From: Octopus bimaculoides
Taxonomy: Eukaryota
Direction: 5' to 3'
Length of the DNA: 59,579 nt
Assembly (NCBI RefSeq): GCF_001194135.2
Contig: NC_068991.1
Location: forward strand, 24,211,322 to 24,270,900
In this document: in pieces, positions 1-10,216 of the stretch
How positions within the stretch are numbered: position 1 is the stretch's first letter
Layout: the number at the start of each line of letters is the position of its first letter
Translations under genes and position numbers: made by a program
Notes under the pieces: generated by a model
Told to the model about the DNA's origin: nothing
What the model saw: only the letters and a program-made list of their open reading frames with translations
The model's database searches: none

Positions 1-210
1 AAACCAGAATCATCGTCGTTGAGAAACAATCTCCGTTGTATCGTTCCACATATTTTTAATTCGTCTTCTTTTCTTGTTTTTTTTTAAACCAGTCAGTTGT
101 ATCTCCTCAGTACTGAATGAATTATTAATACCCAGATGCATCTTAATCAATGAGGAGAAAGTCGTGTCTTTGATTTAATTTTTGAATGGTTCCACTGCTT
201 TATTTCGTGC

Positions 211-261
211 TCACACAGGCGCACGCACGCACACATGCACACACACATGCACACACACACA

Positions 262-297
<36 letters not shown>
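211..297. repeat. (CA)n microsatellite
   Basis: Direct reading of the sequence; explains ORF 186..410. Confidence 0.95.
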
Positions 298-299
<2 letters not shown>

Positions 300-321
300 G
301 ACATATATAATCTGAAATGTA

Positions 322-2170
322 TACTATTAAATATCCGTCACGGCTGCTCTTACAAGTTGGTTTCGAGTAAAGAATACAATGGAATGTTAGATAACAAACC
401 GATTATATAACCTTACGCTCATCAGAGTTAGCCGATATAGAAGGGAATATGGCGACAGCTCTCTATTGTCGGAGGTGGATTAGAACAACCGGTCAGCGAT
501 TGCTGTGGAAAAGGTGGTGGAATGAAAAAGGGTCCAGGAGATTAGTTTAGGAGTTATGTCCCTTGGTTGGGTATGTTGTGAAGTCAGCAGGAGTTATCTT
601 GAAGTGGGGAAAGTGCGTATTATTAATGTGGTGCCCCTGTGGGGATGGGGTGTGTGGTATGTGCAGCGGTGTCGTGTGTATAATTTTTTCCAGTGGTGTA
701 GGTATATATAGCTGTGTTCGTTGGTCCGTTTTCTTTCCGATAAAGTCGTGGGTGGGTGGGGTGGGCGATGTTAGCGTGTGGTGTGTAATGTGTGTGTGGG
801 GTCTGTGTATATATGGGTGTACAGTTTGTGTGAGGGGGTATGTGTTGGGGAGACAGTTTAGTTTGTGGGGTGTCCGTCCTTTAAGGGTGTGTGCGTGTGT
901 ATACGAGTGTCTTGTATACATGAGTGCCGAGCCCAAGGGCATTGGTGGAATGTCGTTTGCAGAAGGTCCAGGCAGGGACCCGTGGTTGCAGTCATAGTGG
1001 GGCGCGTAGAATGTTCTTCGTTTCATGCGGGCAAGGATTAAATGCCTCACTCCTGCTATTCAGGTAAAAATCCGGGCGTTGGGTACTTTTTAAAATCGCT
1101 CTCTTCTAAGCCAGGAACAATCAGCACTTCCTTCTGCTATTGAAATACGGTTTGCTTCTTTCTAGGATCTTCCACTTTATGCTGTGCTCCATCGAGCTTT
1201 CTCTCAAAGTCCAAACGAGCTTGGCTAGGATTGTGGCGTTACGTCTCTCTGGGATGTTGAATGAGGACTTGTGGTTATTAAAGCGGGTTCTGAAGGGGGC
1301 CTTCCGTTATCCCCTCATATTCCACACACTCGGTTGTCCATTGGATCCTGTTGCTGTTACTTCTGCTCCATAAACAACTGTTTCCGTATTGCAGTGGCCG
1401 GTTAGTGGACAAGTTGTGTTACCCTTGCATGAGCATCCTGCCTCAGTCTCGGTTCTGGCTCTACCTGCTAAAATCTTTTTTACACTATGTGCACAGCTAA
1501 AGGATAGTCTCAGGCTATGTCTATCAAATATTTTGTTGAATTTATTGGTTCGGGAAAAGTGCCTATCGACTAAACTAAGGAAGATCTTACTCTGGTCTTA
1601 ACGTTTAAAGAGAATGGCGATGTGAACCATAGTACTTTTCGGTGGCGTTTTCTCTTGGGGTGGGGGCAAGGGTCTGGAATGTAACTAATATTATCTTTGA
1701 AACCGCTGACAGCCAGAATCCGGTTGTAGTACAGGGTGGCAGCATCAAAGATTTCGTTGCTTGAAGACGAGCTGGAAGATCACGCTCTTAACCAGGTTCC
1801 TGAACACTATGGCTGGGTGGCAGGAACCAGTGTTAATGTAAGGCAACTTTTCATTTGGTTTCCTAAAGAGCCCATAGGCACCTGATTCCAGGTCCAGGGT
1901 CCCGTCAAGGAAATCCACCGTTTTCAGGTTGACCTCTATAGTGACGTTCAGTCTGTGGGAGTTCATGGTACCTGTGAGGTCCTTTCTGAGCCTATCTAGC
2001 GCGTGGCCGTTAGCCCCTCTTGATATTGCCAGCGCGTCATCTCTGTAGAAGCCAAAGCTAGTTGAAGCGAATTTCCTTTTTAGTATATCTAGGATGAAGA
2101 GATCGACTAGGTCACATACGGCCGCACTGTCAAAAGCACCCATTGCCACGTCGAAGGAGCTTCCCCTGAA
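322..2170 (-). mobile_element. Penelope-like retroelement (Penelope/Poseidon type), 5'-truncated and degenerate: RT C-terminal half, GIY-YIG endonuclease, 3' pLTR
   Basis: Minus strand reads FDVAMGAFDSAAVCDLV...FYRDD...VDFLDGTLDL...FRKP...HP (RT, about 2170-1780). It then reads CSCKGNTTCPLTGHC...VVYGAEV...YEGITEGPFRTRFNNHKSSF...WKILERSKPY...RKC (GIY-YIG, about 1410-1010), with stops and frameshifts. Confidence 0.95.
341..434 (-). ncRNA. Type I hammerhead ribozyme in the PLE pLTR (stem III damaged)
   Basis: Minus strand: CGGCT-AA-CT-CTGATGA-GCGTAAGG...CTTTACTC-GAAA-CCAACTTGTA-AGAGCAGCCG. The stem III palindrome is broken relative to the copy at 2672-2765. Confidence 0.7.
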
Positions 2171-2250
2171 CCAATAGATTCAACAAACCTCCCCTCGAAC
2201 CAACAGGTTCAACAAAATACTTCCTACGAACCAACAGATTCAACAAAATA
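2161..2250 (+). repeat. Three tandem ~30-bp units copied from the PLE RT-EN linker
   Basis: Units such as TTCCTACGAACCAACAGATTCAACAAAATA match the reverse complement of 1528-1558 (TTTTCCCGAACCAATAAATTCAACAAAATA). Confidence 0.8.
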
Positions 2251-2267
2251 AATTCCCTTCAGCTATC

Positions 2268-2785
2268 TTTCACATATCCTTTCACACAAATTGCACCCTC
2301 ACATATACACAAACACCCACACACACTACGCACCGCACGCTAACATACCACTCCTCGCCCCGACTTAATCCTTTCCAGAAAGAAAACGGACTAACGAATA
2401 CAGCTATATATACCTACACCACGGAAAAATTTTTTTACATACGACACCGCTACACATACCACACACCCCATCCCCACAATAATAATACACACTTTCCCCG
2501 CTCCAACGGTAACTCTTGCTGGCTTCACAGCATACCCAACTAAGGGACATAACTCCTAAACTAACCCCCTGGCCCCTTTTTCGTTCCACCACCTTTTTCA
2601 TCGCAATCGCTGACCGGTTGTATTAATCTACCTCCGACAATAGAGAGCAGTCGCCATATTCCCTTCTATATCGGCTAACTCTGATGAGCGTAAGGTTATA
2701 TAATCGGTTTGTTATCTAATATTCCATTGTATTCTTTACTCGAAACCAATTGGTAAGAGCAGCCGTGATGGATATTTAATACTAT
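2268..2785 (+). mobile_element. Inverted copy of the PLE 3' end (pLTR)
   Basis: Aligns in reverse complement to 322-846. Nearly identical over the ribozyme portion, more diverged in the CA-rich portion. Confidence 0.93.
2672..2765 (+). ncRNA. Type I hammerhead ribozyme with long stem II loop and palindromic stem III
   Basis: CTGATGA at 2681-2687. Stem II GCGTAAGG/CTTTACTC (7 of 8 pairs). GAAA at 2742-2745. Palindrome ACCAATTGGT at 2745-2754. GUA cleavage triplet ending at 2755. Stem I CT/AG plus CGGCT/AGCCG. Confidence 0.85.
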
Positions 2786-3037
2786 AATAGTTTCGGATAA
2801 TATACTCACTCTATTGACAGATATACGAGTGCATCTTTTCCCTGACTTATCGTTTCTTAGACGACTCACGTATATTTATATATATATCTATGTGTATATA
2901 TAAAAAGAATGACCCATGTTATATTCCCCATTCATGTTGCAACCACATCTGGGGCAAAACTAGTCGGTATACAGCACTTACTCGGTATTACCTGTAACAT
3001 TCGGGTTCGGTTGACTCCATTATCCTTCATAACCTTT

Positions 3038-3052
3038 ATATATATATGTATG

Positions 3053-3127
<75 letters not shown>

Positions 3128-3128
3128 A
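3038..3128. repeat. (TA)n-(TG)n microsatellite
   Basis: Direct reading. Confidence 0.95.
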
Positions 3129-3312
3129 TTCCTGTTTTTTTATTATTCAGTCGTTTCAATAGTTTGACCTTTTTCTTGCTCAGCAGGCGATCACGTTGAC
3201 TCTCTGGTCACTCTCTGGTCAGAAACAATCTTTATGTCACAGCCACAATGAAAGTTCGATTTAAGATTGGACCCTAAAGAACCTCCTGTCAGATTTACAT
3301 AGTTTATCCCGC

Positions 3313-3350
3313 TTTCTTTCTTTCTTTCTTTCTTTCTTTCCTTCTTTCTT

Positions 3351-3398
<48 letters not shown>

Positions 3399-3530
3399 CT
3401 TCACTCTTTCCTTCTCTGTTTCACTTTCATCTTTTAACCTTTTTTTTCCTTCTTTCTCTCTTCACTCTTTCTTTCTCTGTTTTACTTTCTCCTCCTTTCA
3501 CCCTCTTTCCCTCCCTCTTTCTCTTTCATT
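3313..3530. repeat. (TTTC)n/(TC)n pyrimidine tract
   Basis: Direct reading. Confidence 0.9.
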
Positions 3531-3635
3531 CATACATTCTTGCGTCACCATCTTTATCTTTTTCTGTTTGCTATCTCTCCCCACCTTTCTCTGTGTAAGT
3601 ACATAGTCCACAAACACACTCACGAACACATACAT

Positions 3636-3675
<40 letters not shown>

Positions 3676-4104
3676 GTGCGCATAGACGCACATATAGGTA
3701 CACTTTAACTGATGCTTCTCCCTTCTTACGTGAGCCCTATCTACCTCACTTCTTTCTTATTCTCTCTATTGCTCTTTCTCTCTCTCTCTTTGCTACATAC
3801 ACATACACATTAGCTTTCTCGCTTTCTCGTTCTATGTCTTACACATACACAAACATACACACATACACACACACAAATATACACTCATATTGATTACCTC
3901 ATACTGCTCCCTGCCTACTTTCCCTTTCAGTTATTAGTTTACTGTCTCGTTATGGGAGTAAACTTAGTAGACACGGAAACAAAACCGGAATAAATATCAA
4001 TTTACTGATATCGCCAGTTATTGTTTTGTCTACTTATTTCATTTATACTACAAAAATAAAAAATTTCTGATATATATACATCTAGAAATAATAATTCTTT
4101 CTGT

Positions 4105-4215
4105 TAAAGGCACAAAGCCTGAAACTGTGTGAGGAGGTGGGGATTAGTCGATTACATCAACAGGTACCGCGAAAGGACGAACGGTAAAGCCAATCTCGCC
4201 GATATTTGAACTTGA
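4105..4215 (-). mobile_element. Old SINE family A relic
   Basis: GGCACAAAGCCTGAAA...TAGTCGATTACATC...GAAAGGA...TTTGAACT matches other family A copies (14080, 15496, 33335). Confidence 0.6.
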
Positions 4216-4622
4216 CATCTAGAAACAAAAAATAATCCCTAAATCGCAGTGTTGGTGGCCGATTCAATTATTGTAAAGCAAACAAACTGAAGTTCCCCTC
4301 ACACATATACACACGCACACATACATACATACATACATACATACATACATACATACATACATACATACATGCATACATATACATACATTCATCTTATACT
4401 ATAAATGAGAAGCGGATCTCCGTCTGTCTGTCCGGGAGGGGAAGAAGAGGAAGCGACAAAATATACGTCAGAANNNNNNNNNNACAATGCAACACATACT
4501 TTAAAAAAAGGACTTTCGCTATGATGACAGCTTCTTGTTGTTGAGAGACAAATTCAATGAAAGTATGTGTGTGATAGAATTAAAATTGTTGTTAAGAGAG
4601 AATTGCAGTGAAAGAGAGAGAG

Positions 4623-4685
<63 letters not shown>

Positions 4686-4809
4686 AAGAGTGTGTGTGTA
4701 AGAAAGAGTGTGTGTGGAAGATAGGTAGGTAGTCACCATAGTAACTAACGAGACTTTCACAGTCTATATTAAAAGTGCATGATTAAACAAATATTTTCCC
4801 AGGCAGCGT

Positions 4810-6191
4810 AAGCGACGAATAAAGACCTAGTATACAATAAATTATCATTTGCGTATGAACAGTGAAGACCAAAAGGATGATGCATATATTCATTCTAAAT
4901 ACGTTCCGGCAAATTTTATCGTGAATATATTAACCGCTGTTTTCGCCCCCCAGGCAACACCTCCTTCCAGTCGATGTATATTGACAACACCGTATTATGA
5001 AACCTACTGAGTATGCTACTGCTATCAGCTATTGAAACGTTTGAAAGTTCTGTTTGGTTTGCGATTGGTTTACAAAAGCAATTTCTAGGGTTCTTTAAAG
5101 TACAACTTAATAATTCAATGAAGAAATTACATGCATCGATAGATTTTCTACAATAACTATATCGATTACGTGGGTACGTTCGTAGTTTCCAGTATCGTAA
5201 GACATGAGAGAGACTTGATCGAATAATTGAGCTACAGAACTACAGTTTGGTAAGAATAAAAGACCAACTAGGTAACTAAGTAGCGTGGTCAATGCCTTTG
5301 TAAGTAGCAATATATAAACGAAGGATTATACTTCAATGGGGGACTGAATCAGAACTCAACATTTTTTGTGAGAATAGACTGAGCAGGTTAGTGACTAGGT
5401 TTTGTGATATACGAGATCTAAACTAGACCGGAGTGCTTGATTCACCGTTTTACAATTTAGAATGAATGACAATGCAAGAGAGAATGACTGGATGACTAAG
5501 TGAATGTATGAGGGATTAATAGATGCTATCAAAGCTCAATTAACATTTCAACCTCGTGTAAGGGAGATGTATGACCTAGAATAGTGACTATTTGCCATAA
5601 CTGATATTTCGTACTCCCTCAACGGTGCTTACTGTGATTGCGGTTAAATACTTAATTACCATTGACTCAAGTAACGAGACTCTTGCTGAGTTTTAAACCA
5701 TCGTTCTAAGATTTTTCCAGCTAAGGCCCATGACTTGCCATATCGCGAATAAAAAGTAATGTGATATCAAAAAAGACATTGACGCCTTCGTGAATATAGC
5801 TCAACCAATCAGCATTGGCTGATTTATTATGTCTGATGCGGCTAACTTCAAAGGATGTGAGCGAGTTTCTCTCATCAAATAGCTGGAAAGAAAGTTCTTG
5901 AAACTTTTGCTTATGGTTATAAAAAACTAGAGAATTCAACCACAGACCAGATTCATCCGGCGCTCCACACGGAGCTATGTTGCTTTGTTCGTTCTGCTCA
6001 TTCCATCTTAAATAACTATGATCTACTTTCATAGTATTATCTAGCAAGTTGTTTTACAAAAGATTTCTAGCTATTATGTTCATTGTTTCATGAAAATGTT
6101 CCATTAAATCAATTATATGTATACATGTATGTATAAACGATGCATGTGGATAAAAATATAAGAAAATTCAAATAATTATTAGTGCAGTCAT
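4810..6191 (-). pseudogene. Decayed, apparently intronless Cys-loop ligand-gated ion channel (nAChR-like; possibly chemotactile-receptor lineage)
   Basis: Family motifs occur in the correct order across frameshifts: signal-like MTALIII*IFLYF (ATG 6191), HIIDLME, YLRWN (about 6014), LWLNSLVFYN (about 5945; cf. IWxPDIVLYN), FFDIT/YFLFAIWQVMGLSW (about 5775-5716; cf. CxxDITYFPFDxQxCxLxFxSW), NGN*, TM1-like PVIL..LALSFIL followed by NGES (cf. SGEK), SLFSQKMLSSDSVP (about 5340; cf. TSDSVP), TM3-like YILLLTKALTTLLSYLVGLLF, DWKEV (about 4972) and a final hydrophobic segment. About 1.4 kb fits one subunit without introns. Confidence 0.7.
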
Positions 6192-6226
6192 TCTTGTCTT
6201 CTCACACACCCTACCTAATATTGTGT

Positions 6227-6294
6227 GTTGGCACTCCGTCGCTTACGACGTCGAGGGTTCCAGTTGATCCGATCAACGGAACAGCCTGCTCGTG
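6227..6294 (-). mobile_element. SINE family C 3' tail, 5'-truncated
   Basis: GGCACTCCGTC...GAGGGTTCCAGTTGATCCGATCAACGGAACAGCCTGCTCGTG is shared with 21153 and 33750. Confidence 0.85.
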
Positions 6295-6412
6295 GTATCA
6301 AAAAAGACATTGACGCCTTCGTGAATATAGCTCAACCAATCAGCATTGGCTGAGTTATTATGTCTGATGCGGCTAACTTCAAAGGATGTGAGCGAGTTTC
6401 TCTCATCAAATA
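6292..6412 (+). repeat. 121-bp direct duplicate of 5761-5881
   Basis: Two mismatches by eye; offset 531 bp. Confidence 0.95.
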
Positions 6413-7308
6413 TGATTTGAAACGGTATCATTTGAACAGCTGCCTTTATGTGCAGAAACTATTGGTGCTATCATCTGCCGGCTGTAACAGTACCACCACT
6501 ACCAACAACAACAATTACTGTAGCATTACCATTATCAACTACAACAGCAACAACAACACAACAACTACAACATAATCACTCGTCATTTTCTGTGTAAAAT
6601 ATTCGAACAGAATAGTTCTCAGTTTGGCAGGGAATTATTAAAGCTTTGTTGTTGTTTTTTTTTTAGTTCAAACAACGTTATTTCTTTTAGTAAAAATAAA
6701 GAAAATAAAACAAAGACAATTACAAATAGAAATATAAATTTGAACTGTAAATTTAAAACAAGCATACATGAATATTTTAACAACGTAAATAATTAAAACT
6801 GATGCCATGTTTAAAATGAAGGAAGAGTTTTGTGTGAGTCTATAAAAGACAAACTGTTTCTTTTTTTTTTTAACTTAAAGATAGAATTAATACAGAGAAA
6901 ACAGGAAATAAGAATTGCTAATTTAAGAAAAACAGTAAAAACAATTTGAGAAAGTATAGATGATAGACTAAAAATAATTAAGCACGGAATGTAAGAAGGT
7001 AAATTATGAGATAGTTATCAGACATCACCATATCGACGAAAACATCCGCAGTATCTTATTACAAACTCATAAAATATAAAAGAGTTGGCCAATGAGATTG
7101 TCTGACATACATATATTCCTACAAATGAGGCGGTATTGTTGCTGTTGTTACACATAGAAACATTCTATGCCGCATACCCAGAAGAAGTCTACTTTACTGA
7201 TTGGTAGAAACAGTTTACATCAGTTCCTGGTCCACAAAGACGCTGTCTCTCTCCCTCTCACTCTCTCTCTCTCTCTCTTGTTCTCTCTCCTCTCTCTCTC
7301 ACTCATTC

Positions 7309-7351
<43 letters not shown>

Positions 7352-7392
7352 CCTTTTGTGTGTATCAGCTCTTTATTATTCGATCGATTCGA

Positions 7393-7625
7393 TATCTTTT
7401 ATCTTTCAGTTGTTTCAGTCATTAGACTGCAGCCACGCTGGGGCACCGCCTTGGAGAATCTTTTTAGTCGAATGAATCGATCCCCGTGCTTACTTTTTTA
7501 AATCACGACACTTATTTTATCGTTCTCTTTTGCTGAACTGCTAGATTACGGGGACGTCGACAAGCCAGCACCGGTTGTTAAGTAGTGGTGGGGAACAAAG
7601 ATACACAGATACACACACACAGATA
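7393..7625 (-). mobile_element. SINE family B, 3' half
   Basis: CAGTCATTAGACTGCAGCCACGCTGGGGCACCGCC...TTACGGGGACG...CCAGCACCGGTTG matches 25690-25810 and 34811-34890. Confidence 0.8.
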
Positions 7626-7636
7626 TACATATATTA

Positions 7637-7724
<88 letters not shown>

Positions 7725-7725
<1 letters not shown>

Positions 7726-8065
7726 TTAATATAGACAGTAGTTTGCAAAGTTTCACCAAAAAGGAAAACTATAATCGTCACTAAATGTAACTAGGGTGTT
7801 ATAAACACCTACATTGCTAGAAATAAGAGCTAAGATGCTCTAATGCTGTAGTCAAAGCAAATAATTGTATACAACTATGCTGATAGGGACTGTAATCGTC
7901 CGAAAACACCGTTCGAGAATTCCTTATACTGACCAGTCAGTTTCAGCAATTTCCGTTGCCTCATCAGTAAGGACTGGTTCAACTTCGGCAGATTCCGGAC
8001 TTAATTCTCTGTCAGTATATACGTTTTCATCATAGAAATATGTGGATGATTTAGTGAGATCGTTA
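7725..8065 (-). pseudogene. Possible decayed coding fragment: acidic stretch, DWSV*GILERCF, hydrophobic tail
   Basis: NDLTKSSTYFYDENVYTDRELSPESAEVEPVLTDEATEIAETDWSV*GILERCFRTITVPISIVVYNYLL resembles a Cys-loop MA helix/TM4 region. Further on it reads LHLVTIIVFLFG, which is duplicated at 9110-9185. Confidence 0.3.
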
Positions 8066-8071
8066 ATAATA

Positions 8072-8302
8072 GGCGCAAGAGTGGCTGTGTGGTAAGTAAC
8101 TTGCTTACCAACCACATGGTTCCGGGTTCAGTCCCATTGCGTGGCACCTTGGGCAAGTGTCTTCTACTATAGCCTCGGGCCGACCAAAGCCTTGTGAGTG
8201 GATTTGGTAAGCAAAAAACTGAAAGAAGCCCGTCGTATATATGTATATGTATATTATATATATGTGTGTGTGTGTGTGAGTGTGTGTGTGTGTGTGTGTG
8301 TG
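8072..8302 (+). mobile_element. SINE family B, tRNA-derived 5' half running into a microsatellite and gap
   Basis: A box TGGCTGTGTGG, B box GGTTCAGTCCC, and a CORE-like CACCTTGGGCAAGTGTC. Confidence 0.92.
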
Positions 8303-8957
8303 NNNNNNNNNNNNNNNNNNNNNNNNNNNNNNNNNNNNNNNNNNNNNNNNNNNNNNNNNNNNNNNNNNNNNNNNNNNNNNNNNNNNNNNNNNNNNNNNNN
8401 NNNNNNNNNNNNNNNNNNNNNNNNNNNNNNNNNNNNNNNNNNNNNNNNNNNNNNNNNNNNNNNNNNNNNNNNNNNNNNNNNNNNNNNNNNNNNNNNNNNN
8501 NNNNNNNNNNNNNNNNNNNNNNNNNNNNNNNNNNNNNNNNNNNNNNNNNNNNNNNNNNNNNNNNNNNNNNNNNNNNNNNNNNNNNNNNNNNNNNNNNNNN
8601 NNNNNNNNNNNNNNNNNNNNNNNNNNNNNNNNNNNNNNNNNNNNNNNNNNNNNNNNNNNNNNNNNNNNNNNNNNNNNNNNNNNNNNNNNNNNNNNNNNNN
8701 NNNNNNNNNNNNNNNNNNNNNNNNNNNNNNNNNNNNNNNNNNNNNNNNNNNNNNNNNNNNNNNNNNNNNNNNNNNNNNNNNNNNNNNNNNNNNNNNNNNN
8801 NNNNNNNNNNNNNNNNNNNNNNNNNNNNNNNNNNNNNNNNNNNNNNNNNNNNNNNNNNNNNNNNNNNNNNNNNNNNNNNNNNNNNNNNNNNNNNNNNNNN
8901 NNNNNNNNNNNNNNNNNNNNNNNNNNNNNNNNNNNNNNNNNNNNNNNNNNNNNNNNN

Positions 8958-9005
<48 letters not shown>

Positions 9006-9006
9006 G

Positions 9007-9060
<54 letters not shown>

Positions 9061-9470
9061 CACGTGCGCATTCGCGCATACACACACACACACTCACACA
9101 TATATAAAATTAGTAAAGACAGCAGTTCGAAATATATCACCAAAAAGGAAAACTATAATCGTCACTAAATGTAACTGGGGTGTCATTCTAAGCTAATAAT
9201 CCGTCGTTCCCGCAGGAATATTGTGACCATTCGAGTTTTATATCCCCATCTACTCTTGAAACCCCAGCAGCACTGATTAAATTAGTTTGTTATTCTCGGT
9301 CGTAGTCTTTTGCTCGAAGACGTCTGACATAGACACCAGTATCAATTGATTAAATTGACCTTAGCATTTGATTGGTATTTTATTTAATCAGCACTGAAAT
9401 GTTCAAAGACAAAGTTCATTTGGTTGGATTTGAACTGAACGTAAAGGCAGCTAACTTAATCTATAGTACA

Positions 9471-9539
<69 letters not shown>

Positions 9540-10216
9540 NNNNNNNNNNNNNNNNNNNNNNNNNNNNNNNNNNNNNNNNNNNNNNNNNNNNNNNNNNNNN
9601 NNNNNNNNNNNNNNNNNNNNNNNNNNNNNNNNNNNNNNNNNNNNNNNNNNNNNNNNNNNNNNNNNNNNNNNNNNNNNNNNNNNNNNNNNNNNNNNNNNNN
9701 NNNNNNNNNNNNNNNNNNNNNNNNNNNNNNNNNNNNNNNNNNNNNNNNNNNNNNNNNNNNNNNNNNNNNNNNNNNNNNNNNNNNNNNNNNNNNNNNNNNN
9801 NNNNNNNNNNNNNNNNNNNNNNNNNNNNNNNNNNNNNNNNNNNNNNNNNNNNNNNNNNNNNNNNNNNNNNNNNNNNNNNNNNNNNNNNNNNNNNNNNNNN
9901 NNNNNNNNNNNNNNNNNNNNNNNNNNNNNNNNNNNNNNNNNNNNNNNNNNNNNNNNNNNNNNNNNNNNNNNNNNNNNNNNNNNNNNNNNNNNNNNNNNNN
10001 NNNNNNNNNNNNNNNNNNNNNNNNNNNNNNNNNNNNNNNNNNNNNNNNNNNNNNNNNNNNNNNNNNNNNNNNNNNNNNNNNNNNNNNNNNNNNNNNNNNN
10101 NNNNNNNNNNNNNNNNNNNNNNNNNNNNNNNNNNNNNNNNNNNNNNNNNNNNNNNNNNNNNNNNNNNNNNNNNNNNNNNNNNNNNNNNNNNNNNNNNNNN
10201 NNNNNNNNNNNNNNNN
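8303..10216. other. Two assembly gaps (8303-8957, 9540-10216) bounded by microsatellites
   Basis: N runs. ORFs crossing these, and the other large gaps in the window, are artefacts. Confidence 0.98.

Noticed and set aside
5020-5085. Plus-strand ETFESSVWFAIGLQKQ, resembling an iGluR pore loop
   Set aside because: Isolated motif with no M1 or M3 context; the opposite strand is explained by the Cys-loop relic.
5107-5310. ORF that looks like a secreted protein with a signal peptide
   Set aside because: No ATG (TTG start, upstream stop). The hydrophobic stretch follows SDSVP and fits TM3 of the pseudogene.
9190-9350. Cadherin-like RAKDYDRE on the minus strand
   Set aside because: Flanked by stops and lacks the other cadherin calcium-binding motifs.
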